This document shows positions 10,104 to 22,560 of a stretch of 34,309 nucleotides of DNA, piece after piece (the first letter of the stretch is position 1; the number at the start of each line of letters is the position of its first letter). The notes below the pieces were generated by a model. That model saw only the letters and a list, made by a program, of their open reading frames with translations. It searched no databases and was not told where the DNA came from. Source of the DNA: Malacoraja senta (taxonomy: Eukaryota); contig JAXLNO010000449.1 of the NCBI GenBank assembly GCA_038087875.1, positions 1-34,309 of the forward strand. The letters run 5' to 3'. A program made the position numbers and the translations under genes.

Positions 10104-11114
10104 TTGGACTAGAACTTGTTTTTTCTTGACGCATTAGGGCCTCCGCCATTCCAACAGAGGCATGTGATGAAATTCCGTTCATTGTGGTGCTGGTTCCCAT
10201 CACCAGAGTGGTGTCGAGCGGGCTGAAGGATTGTGCAGTTTCGCGGCGCAGGATCTCCACCTGCTGCTGGAAGCAGGAGCTGCAGGAACGGTCGATGCAT
10301 CACCCGTGAACCCGCGGGAAAAGTAAACCTGGAACAGAGAGAATTAACAGGTTCCTGTGCTGGAGGCCGTCACCGACGTGGTGGGAGGAGCGGCGGTGAC
10401 AGGAACGCAATCTGGGATGTCGAGAGAAAAGAACAGGAGGGTCGGCAAGCTGCCTGGATGTCTAAAAAGTTGCGCTCTTATTACTATTAATTACTGAATA
10501 ACTGCGTCAGTTATAACATCCTCGCCTCATTAAGCTTTACTTACTTGTACCTGATGTATTGTTGTGCTCATTGGAGTGGCGGTTCCAATCGCCAGAGGGA
10601 TGCCGAGCGGATTAAAGATGTGTGCAGTTTCGTGGCGCAGGGTCGCCACCTGCTGCTGGAAACCGGTACCGTATTAATAACCTTGTTAATTAATCATTAA
10701 ATATCCTTAATCTATTTAAGATTAATAGTTAATATAAACCCAGATCACTGGAGCGGATAAACTGCTTCTGTAATTCCTTAATCTGTTTAAATTAATTCCT
10801 TTTAAGGATTTGTCCTTATTAAGGAATTAATTTAAATAGATGCGCATTTCCGGTGTGATGGGTTTGGGTGTCGGGGCAGGACCAGTATTTATGGCGCACC
10901 CCTCATTGGCCTCTGAATGGTTTTCTCGGCCATTTCAAAGGACATTTAAGCTTCAGCCATTTGGAACTGTATCGTTCTTAAACAACAATTGAGGAGTGTT
11001 ATGATCATCGATCCTCAGACTAGTATTTTAAAAAGGATTTGAGGTGATTAACTTCAGTTTAGAGATACAGCGCGGAAACAGGCCCTTCAGCCCACCGGGT
11101 CCGCAGTACTTGGC

Positions 11115-11480
11115 AACGATGCAGAGGAGGTTTACCAGAATTATGATTTCATTGAGGGAATGGAGAGGTCAGACCGACTATGGAAAGTTTTCTCCGGACG
11201 GCCGGAGGTTGAGGGGAGACTTGATGGAAGTCTATCGAATTATGAGAGGGGTGAGGGGTGGACAGGGTACACAATCAGAACCTTTTACCGAGAGGGAAAT
11301 ATTTAATAGTAGAGAGCATAGCTATAGGATGAGAGGGGCAAAGTTTACAGGAGATGTGCGAGGCAGGTTTTCTACCCCAATGATGGTGAGTTTCTGGAAC
11401 GCGCTGCCAGGGATGGTGGTGGAGGCTGATACGAGACAGGCGGTGAAGAGATTGTTGGATAGGCACGTGAGTATGCAGGT
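11115..11480 (+). mobile_element. Old degenerate CR1 ORF2 3' fragment
   Basis: QRRFTR...RRLRGDLMEVYRIM...WNALPGMVVEAD; copy at about 20618-20976. Confidence 0.75.
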
Positions 11481-11695
11481 AATTGAATGATATAGATTAT
11501 GTTCAAGCAGGTAAGAGTTGGTCTTGGGATCATATTCAGCACAGACACTGTGGGCCGAAAGGCTGCTCCTATGCGTACTGTTCTTTGTTCCATACGGATT
11601 GTCTCTTCGTATTGTGGATATTCCGGGATATAACCTGATACTCGAAGAAACCTCCACATAAGCGCTGGAGAATGTATCCTGACTGTTCGCATCAT

Positions 11696-12987
11696 GGTAA
11701 ATCGTGTCTGACGAATCTTATAGAATTTTTCGAGGATGTAACTAGTAGAGTGGTTAGGGCAGAACCAGTGGATGTGTTGTATCTGGACTTTCAGAAGGCT
11801 TTCGACAAGGTACCACATAAGAGATTAGGATACAAACTTAAATCACACGGTATTGGGGGTTCAGTATTCATGTGGATAGAGAACTGGCTGGCAAACAGGA
11901 AGCAAAGAGTAGGAGTAAACGGGTCCTTTTCACAATGGCAGGCAGTGACTAGTGGGGTACCGCAAGGCTCAGCGCTGGGACCCCAGCTATTTACAATCTA
12001 TATTAATGATCTGGACGAGGGAATTGAAAGCAACATCTCCAAGTTTGCGGATGACACTAAGCTGGGGGGCAGTGTTAGCTGTGAGGAGGATGCTAGGAGA
12101 CTGCAAGGTGACTTGGATAGGCTGGGTGAGTGAGCAAATGTTTGGCAGATGCAGTATAATGTGGATAAATGTGAGGTTATCCACTTTGGTGGCAAAAACG
12201 GGAAGGCAGACTATTATCTAAATGGTGGCCGATTAGGAAATGGGGAGATGCAGCGAGACCTGGGTGTCATGGTACACCAGTCATTGAAAGTAGGCATGCA
12301 GGTGCAGCAGGCAGTGAAGAAAGCGAATGGTATGTTGGCTTTCATAGCAAGAGGATTTGAGTATAGGAGCAGGGAGGTTCTACTGCAGTTGTACAGGGTC
12401 TTGGTGAGACCGCACCTGGAGTATTGCGTACAATTTTGGTCTCCAAATCTGAGGAAGGACATTATAGCCATAGAGGGAGTGCAGAGAAGGTTCACCAGAC
12501 TTTTTCCTGGGATGTCAGAACTTTCATATGAAGAAAGACTGGATAGACTTGGCTTATACTCGCTAGAATTTAGGAGATTGAGAGGGGATCTTATAGAAAC
12601 ATACAAAATTCTTATGGGGTTGGACAGGCTAGATGCAGGAAGATTGTTCCCGATGTTGGAGAAGTCCAGGACAAGGGGGTCACAGCTTAAGGATAAGGGG
12701 GAAATCCTTTAAGACCGAGGTGAGGAAAAACCTTTTCACACAGAGAGTGGTGAATATCTGGAACTCTCTGCCACAGAGGGTAGTTGAGGCCAGTTCATTG
12801 GCTATATTAAAGAGGGAGTTAGATGTGGCCCTTGTGGCTAAGGGGATCAGGGGGTATGGAGAGAAGGCAGGTACGGGATACTGAGTTGGATGATCAGCCA
12901 TGATCATATTGAATGGCGGTGCAGGCTCCTAGGGCCGAATGGCCTACTCCTGCACCTATTTTCTATGTATCTATGTATCTATGTATC
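11696..12987 (+). mobile_element. Duplicated 3' half of the family Y CR1 (RT) with an added TGA stop
   Basis: Copy of 2195-3486; TGG to TGA at 12131-12133. Confidence 0.95.
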
Positions 12988-13595
12988 CCCTAACCCCATT
13001 CTCCTCCCCATAACTTCTGACACCCATACTAATCAAGAATCTATCTATCTCCGCCTAAATATATTAATTAACTTGGCCTCCACAGCCTTCTGTCCAAAGA
13101 AATCTACAGATTTACCACACTGAGTGAGGAAATTCCACCTCATCTCCTTCCTAACGGAACGTCCTTTAATTCTGAGGCTGTGACCTCTGGTTCTGGACTC
13201 TCCCACTGGTGGAAACATCGTCTCCGCATTCACTCTATCCAATCCTTTCACTATTGGACGTTCCAATAAGGTCCCCTCCCCCCGCCCTCACCTTCTCCTT
13301 AGTCATAGCCACTCCATTAACGTCCACGCCCTGACTCTCTTGAATTTCAGGCACGTTGCTCTTGTCATCCACTGTGAAGACTGATGCAAAAAACGTTCTT
13401 CAATTCCTCTGCCATTTCTTTATTCCCATTATGACTTCTCCTGTGTCTTATTTTGTGTCTCATAAAGGAAAACGTTGCCTATTGAAAAATAACAAACTAT
13501 TTACAGGAAAGGAAGCTCTTTTTTTATTATCGGAGTTGGCTTTGTTTGCTGTAATCGTAAATATTCCTGAATACGATAACGATATTTATCATGTG

Positions 13596-14598
13596 TAAGA
13601 ACGAACTGCAGATGCTCGTAAAATCGAAAGTAGACACAAAATGCTTGTATAACTCATTGGGTGGAATCTATGGAACGAGGGAATGGGCGACGTTTCTGGT
13701 CGAGACCCTTCTTCAGACTAATGTCAGGGCAGGGGGCGGGACAAAGATAGAATGTAGGCGGAGACAGTATGACTAGTGGGAGCACTGGGAAGGGGAAGAG
13801 GAAGGAGAGAGAAAGCAAGGACTTCTGAAGTTGGAGAAGTCAATGTTCATACCACTGCATTATGAACTACCCAAGCGAAATATGTGGTGCTAATCCTCCA
13901 ATTTGCGCTGGCCCTCACTCTGACAATGGAGGAGGCCCAGGACAGAAAGGTCAGATTGGGAATGGGAGGGAGATTTGAAGTGCTGGGCCACTAGGAGATC
14001 AGGTAGGTTAAGATGGACTGTTTAGGTCCTTGGATGGAGTCGAGGAGGGAAGTAAAGGGACAGGTGTTGCTTCTCCTGCGGTTGCAGGGGAAATTACCCG
14101 GGGAAGAGGTGGTTTGGTTGGGAAGGGACGAGTTGACCAGGGAGTTACGGAGGGAACGGTCTCTGCGGAAAGCAGAAAAGGGTGGATATGGGAAGATGTG
14201 GCCAGTAGTGGGATCCCGTTGGAGGTGGCGAAAATGTTTGGATTGTATGCTGTATATTCCCCTGCAGCCACAGGAGATGCAACACCTGTCCCTTTACCTC
14301 CCCCTCGACTCCATCCAAGAAACTAATCAGTCTTTCCAGGTGAGGCAGAGGTTGACTTGCACATCCTCCAACCTCATCTACTGTATCCGCTGTACCAGGT
14401 GTCAATTTCTGTACATCGGTGAGACCAAGCGCAGGCTCGGCAATCGTTTCGCTGAACACCTCCGCTCAGTCCGTCTTAACCTATCTAATATCCCGGTGAC
14501 CCAGCACTTCACCTCCCCCTCCCATACCCAATCTGACTCTTCTGTCCTGGGCCTCCTCCATTTCCAGGGTGGGGCCCAGCGCAAATTGGAGGATCAAC
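13596..14598. mobile_element. Penelope-like GIY-YIG fragments, copy B
   Basis: Duplicate of 4095-5097. Confidence 0.85.
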
Positions 14599-15642
14599 GA
14601 TATGTATCAATTTGTCGATATGGTCATTTGCAAAATCCAATTCCGATTCTTCTGGTCCTTTTAAATCTTTTCACCAATTCTTCAGATAGAATATTGGGCC
14701 AAGGGCAGATAAGGATGGAACCATAATGGTGGAAAGTGAGGGCGGAGTAGCAGCGACTGTGAAAGATAAAATCTGAGCCTCGATCGGACTCCACAGAGGA
14801 AGCAGGATTAAAGTGCAGTTGCCAATGCAATGATACGTGCCGGTCGCCCAGACTCTGGAATGGAGCCAAGAAATGGGAAACAAAAACACAAGTGAACGTA
14901 GATAGGCCAGAAGCCAGCAGGAAGGATTACTGAATTTCAAATATATTGTGTCTATCTTTGGTATAAAGCAGGGTGTGCGGTTCATTTTTATCCGATTCAT
15001 TCAACTGTTTCTTATAACTATTCTTTCCCGCTGCAGTCATATTCTGGCACTCCTAACGTCTTATCAACTGCTCCCACAAGTGGAATTTATTGCGAGTAGT
15101 CAGGGGACTTTGATCCTCGCGTTTAGTGTTCCTTATATGATACTGCAGAGCGCACTTTTGAACAAGGACATTGAATCAGGAAGAACAAGAACGCAAAATG
15201 GCTTCAACACAGCTGGTTGAGAGTTTAACAGAAGAACTAATTTGTCCCATCTGCCTGGAAATCTTCACCGATCCGGTTTCCCCGGAGTGCGGACACAACT
15301 TTTGCCGCGCCTGCATCCCAGAGTGTTGGGAGAGAGAGGGGAGAAACTCCTGCCCGGAATGTAGAGCGGAGTTTGCAGACCGCACCCTCACGATGAATTG
15401 GGCCTTGTCAAGCCTGGCTGAGAAAACTCAACAATTAAAGCTGAATCAGAAAGAGAAGAAAACTAAACTTCACTGCGAGAAACATCAGGAAGAACTGAAG
15501 CTGTTTTGTGAAACATGACAAGAAATTGGTCTGTATGATTTGTCGAGACGCGTGGGAACACAGAGAGCACCGCTGCATTCAGATAGAAGAAGCTGTTGAA
15601 AACTACAAGGTAAAAGCAAATATCTTATGATCACATTAACTC

Positions 15643-15835
15643 CAAGGTAGACAACCGGGATATGGAGCGAAGGAAAAGATGATGTTTTGGGTAGAGACCC
15701 TTCTTCAGTCTGAAGAAGGGTCTTGACTCGAAAAGTTACCCATTCCTTCGCTCCATAGATGCTGCCTCACTCGCTGAGTTTCACCAGCATATTTGTCTAC
15801 GTTCGATTTTTCCAGCAGCTGCAGTTCTTTCTTAA
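15643..15835. mobile_element. Fold-back PLE-derived element in intron 1, copy B
   Basis: Duplicate of 6142-6334 with the same TSD. Confidence 0.8.
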
Positions 15836-17137
15836 ACATTAACTCTACATCGTTTTTCTCATATCCAAGTCTTCAATTTTGCTTTTTTTTACAAACCTAT
15901 TTGTAGGATCAATTCTTCCATGGAATCTCTCACGAAAAAAAATTCAGAGATACAGGAAATGGAACAATTGCAGAAAACAAAGATTTCTGGAGTTAGGGTA
16001 AGGTCTCCGCCTTCGCTGTGTGATCCCGTGCAGATTTAACTCCCTTGTGGCAATATAATAATATCCACATTTGTCTTCACAGGAACAGTCCCGCAGTCTG
16101 CAGTCCCACATCACATCACAATTCACCAAAATGCGACAGATACTCTCTGAGGAAGATCAGCGTTTACTCAACGCCCTCAGGGAAGCAGAGGCGAAGAGTC
16201 TAGATATAATGGAGAAAAATCTTCAAGTAATTCAAGCGAACTTAAATTCCGTGCAGGAGAAACTCACAAAGATACAGGAACGGATGGATCAAAAAGACAG
16301 TGCGTTATTTCTAATGGTGAGAATTTATTTCCGGTTCAGGCCAATCCAAGTGCCCACAGAAAATGCGCAACTTCTCGGGAATAAGTGGAGACCTTGACAC
16401 CAAATGGGTGATTATTCCTCTGTTTCCCAAGTTAAATATTACCTTGAAACTGACACGAAAATCCATTTTAGAGTTGCAAGTAAATATGTCCCGTGTGGTA
16501 CACCTTTCCTGTCGATTGAAGTATTTTTGACAGACTACATTTTCTTCCTCTTTCTTCTTTGTCCTGTGGTCCCTCATCCTTTCTGCAACATTCCCGTGTT
16601 ATCTGTGCGTCAGAAGGTGTGATACTGCAGAATTTACAACAGGTTGCAACAATTAGTAGAACATCCCGCTGTGGGTTGTGTATGCTGTGTAAATCAATTA
16701 TAATTTGTCTTTTATTGATTTCAGGAGGAAATTAGTCGGAAGAGGAGGTAGGAAATGTTCTTCGTTGAAACCATGCATGATTTTACAAAATAACTCAGAA
16801 AATCATTGTTGTTCATTCTGTAACCCAGCTGCTTATATTTATAGGGTTAGTAATGAGGAATACACGTTCTCTGTGGAAGATTGGGCACTGGTAGTTGCAA
16901 AATTCGATCAACCATTTCTATTGAACGAAACGTTGAGCAAAATTTCCAGTGGTACTCCACAAGGTAATGTTGATATAATTTGTTTTTCTCATGTAAAGGA
17001 GATCGCTAGATAATGGACACTTTAATTAAAACGTACAGCCACCTATACCGATATGCAACAAACATGCTTTCAAATCTATGTACCAGTGACGAATTTGTGC
17101 CTGTGATCACTATTCCAAGCAACGTTGACAGCATGGC

Positions 17138-17153
17138 AAACACACACATACAA

Positions 17154-17184
<31 letters not shown>

Positions 17185-17301
17185 CGCACACACGCACACA
17201 CACACACGCACACACACTCACACACTCACACACTCACACACTCACACACACACACACACACACACAGACACACACACACACACACATACAGATACACAGG
17301 C
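17138..17301. repeat. Compound (CA)n microsatellite, copy B
   Basis: CA runs with interruptions. Confidence 0.97.
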
Positions 17302-19140
17302 ACGCATACCAAATATCACTGAAACATACAAAGAGATATTGAGACACAGATGTCAAGGCCGTCGAAGGCGACGTTATATGTTTACAACATTATGCCCACT
17401 GGTAGGTTATAATATTAGTTAATAAATATTAAACAGCATATAATCATCCAACAATTTCGCCACCAACGGGATCCCACTACTGGCCACATCTTCCCTTCTC
17501 CACCCCTTTCTACTTTCTGCCTACAGCCGAGACAATTCCCTCCGTAACTCCCTGGTCAACTCGTCCCTTCCCACCCAAACCACCCACTGCGCAACCGCAG
17601 GAGATGCAACACCTGTCCGTTTACCTCCCCCCACGACTCCATGCAAGAACATAGACAGTCTTTCCAGGTGAGGTCCCGGGCCGCTCTGCCAGAGTCGCCC
17701 CCCCCCCCGATCCCCGGGGACTCTCTGATTCTCTGATTCTACCCCCCAGTCTCCGTCACCCTGGATGTGGAAACGGTGTCTGAGGATCGGAAGAGTGTGA
17801 GGGGGACCCGGACCCGGAGGAGTCTCCCTGACACCGGGAAGAGGTTTACAGTCGGAGCGTGTTTGCTGGGATCGGAGGGATTCACATCGGGGAGACATTA
17901 CTGGGAGGTGGAGATGGCGGGGAATCGGGGCTGGAGTCTGGGAGTCGCCGCAGAGTCTGTGGAGAGGAAGAGACGGGTCACACTGACCCCGGAGACTGGA
18001 GTCTGGAGCATCGGGCGGTGGGATGACGTATTTGTTGCAGTCACCTCCCCTCAATCCCCTCTCCCTGCCTGTCCCAACCCCGGGAGGGTGGGAGTTTATC
18101 TCAGTTACGAGTCCGGGACAGTTTCATTTTACGACGCGGACACCAAGTCCCATCTCCACACCTTCACTGGGAATAAATTCACGGAGAAACTTTATCCTTT
18201 CTTCTGGACTTGGGATGAAAACCAGTGGCTGAGAATCTGCTCCGGTTCCGCTCCGGTTGTGTAAAAGGGTCGGGTCCCGGGACCGGCGTCAGGAGCGGGG
18301 CTCAGGGGCTGTGGAGCAGAAACCCGGTGGACAACAGGTCGGCGCTGAACGAACGGCTCCCATTTAATCCCCAAATTCCGTGTCGTGAAACCCCAGTGAG
18401 CGCGGAAATAAAGCCAGGGGGAATGTAAATGTGGGAAGAGTGAAATAAACTGCAACTGAAATCAGAGCTGTCTGTCGATCCGTTCATTTTAACGCGCTAA
18501 CCGCGTCCGGCAACGGAACAGAAATTACTTTTGTGAAAATATAAAGATTGAAACAATCGCCCTTCCCGCGGGTTCAGCAGCAGCCGCGGGCGGCGGGTCC
18601 TGAGCTCCGGGCTCCCCCGGGTCTTAAAATCCGTCGCGATATCGCGTTTATATTATGTCTGCAGCATTTCCACTTTCAACGCCAGATACATTTTCCTTGG
18701 AACGGATGTTTTAAAGATTAGGTGCGTAAGAAATTCCAGGTTCCAGGTGAAAACCCGCAGGAATCAGGCTCCGTCTTCCTGTCTGTAGGATAAGTGGAGC
18801 ATTGTTTATTTCAGTCACAGCCAGACCGCTCCCTCGCCTCTCTCTCTCACCCTCGGCTACATCATGTTTGTATCAGCGCTGCTTCCTGCCCTCGTTCACC
18901 ACTTTAATGTCTCATCTTCCTCACTGCCTGTTTGGAACCGGCTCCCACTTTCACCGCTTGAGCTCCGACTGTTCCCTTCCCTTTCTCCGCTTCTCTGAAT
19001 CCATGTCAGGGAAAAGGCGAGTAGCCAGAGTCCATTCCCAGTCAGCGGACTCCAGAGATGCTGCCTGGCCTGGTGTGTTACTCTAGCATTTTGTGTCTAT
19101 CCTCGGTTTAAACCAGCATCTGCAGTTCCTTCTTACACAG

Positions 19141-19372
19141 CGATCATCCATACACTAGTTCTACCCTACACACGGGGGACATTATAGAAGGCAAATAACC
19201 CACAAACCTCTACGTCTTTGGAATGTAGACGGAAACCGCAGCTCCCGGAGAAAACCCACGCGGCCACATTGAGAACGTATCAACTCCGTACAGACAGCAC
19301 CCGCAGTCAGGATCGCACCCGCGTGTCTGGGGCTGTGAGGCGGGAACTCTACCGCTACGCTGCCGTGCCACC
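19141..19372 (-). mobile_element. V-SINE, copy B
   Basis: Duplicate of 9640-9871. Confidence 0.8.
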
Positions 19373-19389
19373 TAATTGGACTAGAACTT

Positions 19390-19604
19390 TTTAGGAAGGA
19401 ACTGCAGATGCTGGTTTAAACCGAAGATAGACACAAAATGCTGGAGTAACTCAGAGGGACGGGCAGCATTTCTGGAGAGTGAGAATGGGTGACGTTTCGG
19501 GTCGAGGTCTCTGAAGAAGGGTCTCGGCCAGAAATGTCATCCATTCCCTCTCTCCGGTGATGCTGCCTGTCCAGCTGAGTTACTCCAGCATTTTGTGTCT
19601 ATCT
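19390..19604. mobile_element. Fold-back PLE-derived element with 14-bp TSD, copy B
   Basis: Duplicate of 9889-10103. Confidence 0.85.
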
Positions 19605-21084
19605 TTGGACTAGAACTTGTTTTTTCTTGACGCATTAGGGCCTCCGCCATTCCAACAGAGGCATGTGATGAAATTCCGTTCATTGTGGTGGTGGTTCCCA
19701 TCACCAGAGTGGTGTCGAGCGGGCTGAAGGATTGTGCAGTTTCGCGGCGCAGGATCTCCACCTGCTGCTGGAAGCAGGAGCTGCAGGAACGGTCGATGCA
19801 TCACCCGTGAACCCGCGGGAAAAGTAATCCTGGAGCAGAGAGAATTAACAGGTTCCTGTGCTGGAGGCCGTCACCGACGTGGTGGGAGGAGCGGCGGTGA
19901 CAGGAACGCAATCTGGGATGTCGAGAGAAAAGAACAGGAGGGTCGGCAAGCTGCCTGGATGTCTAAAAAGTTGCGCTCTTATTACTATTAATTAATGAAT
20001 AACTGCGTCAGTTATAAACATCCTCGCCTCATTAAGCTTTACTTACTTGTACCTGAAGTATTGTTGTGCTCATTGGAGTGGCGGTTCCAATCGCCAGAGG
20101 GATGCCGAGCGGATTAAAGATTTATGCAGTTTCGTGGCGCAGGGTCGCCACCTGCTGCTGGAAACCGGTGCCGTATTAATAACCTTATTAATTAATCATT
20201 AAATATCCTTAATCTATTTAACATTAATAGTTAATATAAACCCAGATCACTGGAGCGGATAAACTGCTTCTGTAATTCCTTAATCTGTTTAAATTAATTC
20301 CTTTTAAGGATTTGTCCTTATTAAGGAATTAATTTAAATAGATGCGCATTTCCGGTGTGATGGGTTTGGGTGTCGGGGCAGGACCAGTATTTATGGCGCA
20401 CCCCTCATTGGCCTCTGAATGGTTTTCTCGGCCATTTCAAAGGACATTTTGAGCTTCAGCCATTTGGAACTGTATCATTCTTAAACAACAATTGAGGAGT
20501 GTTATGATCATCGATCCTCAGACTAGTATTTTAAAAAGGATTTGAGGTGATTAACTTCAGTTTAGAGATACAGCGCGGAAACAGGCCCTTCAGCCCACCG
20601 GGTCCGCAGTACTTGGCAACGATGCAGAGGAGGTTTACCAGAATTATGATTTCATTGAGGGAATGGAGAGGTCAGACCGACTATGGAAAGTTTTCTCCGG
20701 ACGGCCGGAGGTTGAGGGGAGACTTGATGGAAGTCTATCGAATTATGAGAGGGGTGGGCAGGGTACACAATCAGAACCTTTTACCGAGAGGGAAATATTT
20801 AATAGTAGAGAGCATAGCTATAGGATGAGAGGGGCAAAGTTTACAGGAGATGTGCGAGGCAGGTTTTCTACCCCAATGATGGTGAGTTTCTGGAACGCGC
20901 TGCCAGGGATGGTGGTGGAGGCTGATACGAGACAGGCGGTGAAGAGATTGTTGGATAGGTACGTGAGTATGCAGGTAATTGAAGGATATAGATTATGTTC
21001 AAGCAGGTAAGAGTTGGTCTTGGGATCATATTCAGCACAGACACTGTGGGCCGAAAGGCTGCTCCTATGCGTACTGTTCTTTGT

Positions 21085-21245
21085 TCCATACGGATTGTCT
21101 CTTCGTATTGTGGATATTCCGGGATATAACCTGATACTCGAAGAAACCTCCACATAAGCGCTGTAGAATGTATCCTGACTGTTCGCATCATGGCCTGGTG
21201 CGGCATTTCCAACGCACACGAGTTGCACTACCGCCTGCACTGCCA
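21085..21245 (+). mobile_element. Degenerate non-CR1 LINE fragment (Rex1/Babar-like) spanning the duplication end
   Basis: GTAGAATGTATCCTGACTGTTCGCATCATGGCCTGGTGCGGC reads [14 protein letters not shown], resembling the ESILTxCITAWYG motif downstream of the Rex1/Babar RT. Confidence 0.45.
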
Positions 21246-21808
21246 TGGACCTGTTTATTTTTAATTGTGTTTTGCATTAAAACCTTATCTTTGGAGCAGT
21301 TTTTAATTTTGTTTTTACTAACTTGCAGAATTTATGTGTAATGTGGTTGTAATTTGCGTTTAATTTATATTTTCTGTAGCACTGAGTATTTGTGCGTGTG
21401 ATGCTGCTGAAACGGCGATGAGATTTTCATCGCAGCTGTTCATCGCAGTACTTGTGCAGATGCCAATAAATCCGACTTGACTTCACTCTCAGTTTATATT
21501 TAACCATCGTTTTACACCCCAGTTAGTTTCTTTTTTGGCCGTCATTTTCTTTCCGGCTCTAAACTGTCCCATAACATTCCCTGCGTTTACATTTATATAC
21601 CGGTCTGTTTAACATCTCACTAAACCCTCCATGAGTATTTGAGGTCAGGACACGGTCACCCAGAACACGTTCACCCTGAAAACCACCAGCAAATGTGCTG
21701 GAGACGGCAGCGTGCGCGGTAGACACTCGCGGTACAGAGGGATCACAAGGGATCAGCAGCTCCCAATCAGTGAAAGCAGTTTCAAACCAGGAAGTGGCAG
21801 GAGTTAAA

Positions 21809-22219
21809 ATGGCTTCTAAAGAGCAGGTCGATAATTTAACAGAGGAGGCAATTTGTGCCATCTGCCTGGATTTCTTCACCGATCCGGTTATCCTGGAGTG
21901 TGGGCACAACTTCTGCCGCTCCTGTGTCACACAGTGTTGGGACAGGGAGGAGAAAAACACCTGCCCGGAATGTAGAGAGGAGTTTGCTGACCGCACCCTC
22001 AAAGGTAATCGGGCCTTGGCGAGACTGGTTGAGAAAGTTCGAACACTGAGCCTGAATACGGAAGAGAAGGGAAGTAAACATCACTGCGACAAACATCAGG
22101 AAGAACTGAAGCTGTTTTGTGAAACGGACAAGAAACTGATCTGTGTGATTTGTGCAGCTGGGCGAGAACACAGAAAACATCGTTTCATGCAGATGGATGA
22201 AGCTGTTGAAACCTACACG
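21809..22219 (+). CDS. TRIM gene C exon 1 (RING + B-box2), intact
   Basis: MASKEQVDNLTEEAICAIC...CGHNFCRSC...CPEC...[24 protein letters not shown]...EHRKH; 411 nt; donor GTAAAAG. Confidence 0.92.
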
Positions 22220-22302
22220 GTAAAAGCAAACCGACTACGATCACTTGCTTGAATGTATAGTTGGATATTTATTATCTAACCCCCTTTCTCTCTGATTCCC
22301 AG

Positions 22303-22398
22303 GATCAGGTTAAATCATCCATACAATCTCTGACAAAAAATAAATCAGCCATCCAGGAAATGGAAGAGCAACAGAAGCAGAAGATTTCCCAAGTCCGG
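22303..22398 (+). CDS. TRIM gene C exon 2 (coiled coil, 96 nt)
   Basis: CCCAG acceptor, GTGAG donor; DQVKSSIQSLTKNKSAIQEMEEQQKQKISQVR. Confidence 0.9.
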
Positions 22399-22560
22399 GT
22401 GAGGCCTTGCTGTGTGGCATAACTGATCGTGTTGTGTAGTTTTGTATTTTGGTTAATGCATTACAGCGTAGCGTGGCAGCAGTTAGTTGCGCTGTTTCGC
22501 TGCTCCGGTGAATTCGGTTCGACCCTGACTTCTGGTATTGTCTACGTGACGCTTGCATGT

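Larger units (their letters stand above)
2195..11697 (+). repeat. Segmental tandem duplication, copy A (~9.5 kb)
   Basis: Near-identical to 11696-21193; the ORF track repeats at offset 9501. Confidence 0.97.
15198..18264 (+). pseudogene. TRIM pseudogene copy B; exons 15198-15609, 15907-15997, 16083-16316, 16725-16747, 16845-16963, 17750-18264
   Basis: Same structure and lesions as copy A; only visible coding difference is D to N in exon 5. Confidence 0.9.
11696..21193 (+). repeat. Segmental tandem duplication, copy B
   Basis: Matches 2195-11697; identity ends after GTTCGCATCATGG at 21193. Confidence 0.97.

Noticed and set aside
14013..14726. 237-aa ORF with a GIY-YIG motif as a domesticated nuclease gene
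   Set aside because: Chance fusion of antisense and sense PLE fragments; copy A has a stop at about 4677 and there are no gene signals
21695..21808. N-terminal extension of TRIM C in the ORF track
   Set aside because: Starts at GTG; the homologous start is AAAATGGCTTC at 21809, matching 5697
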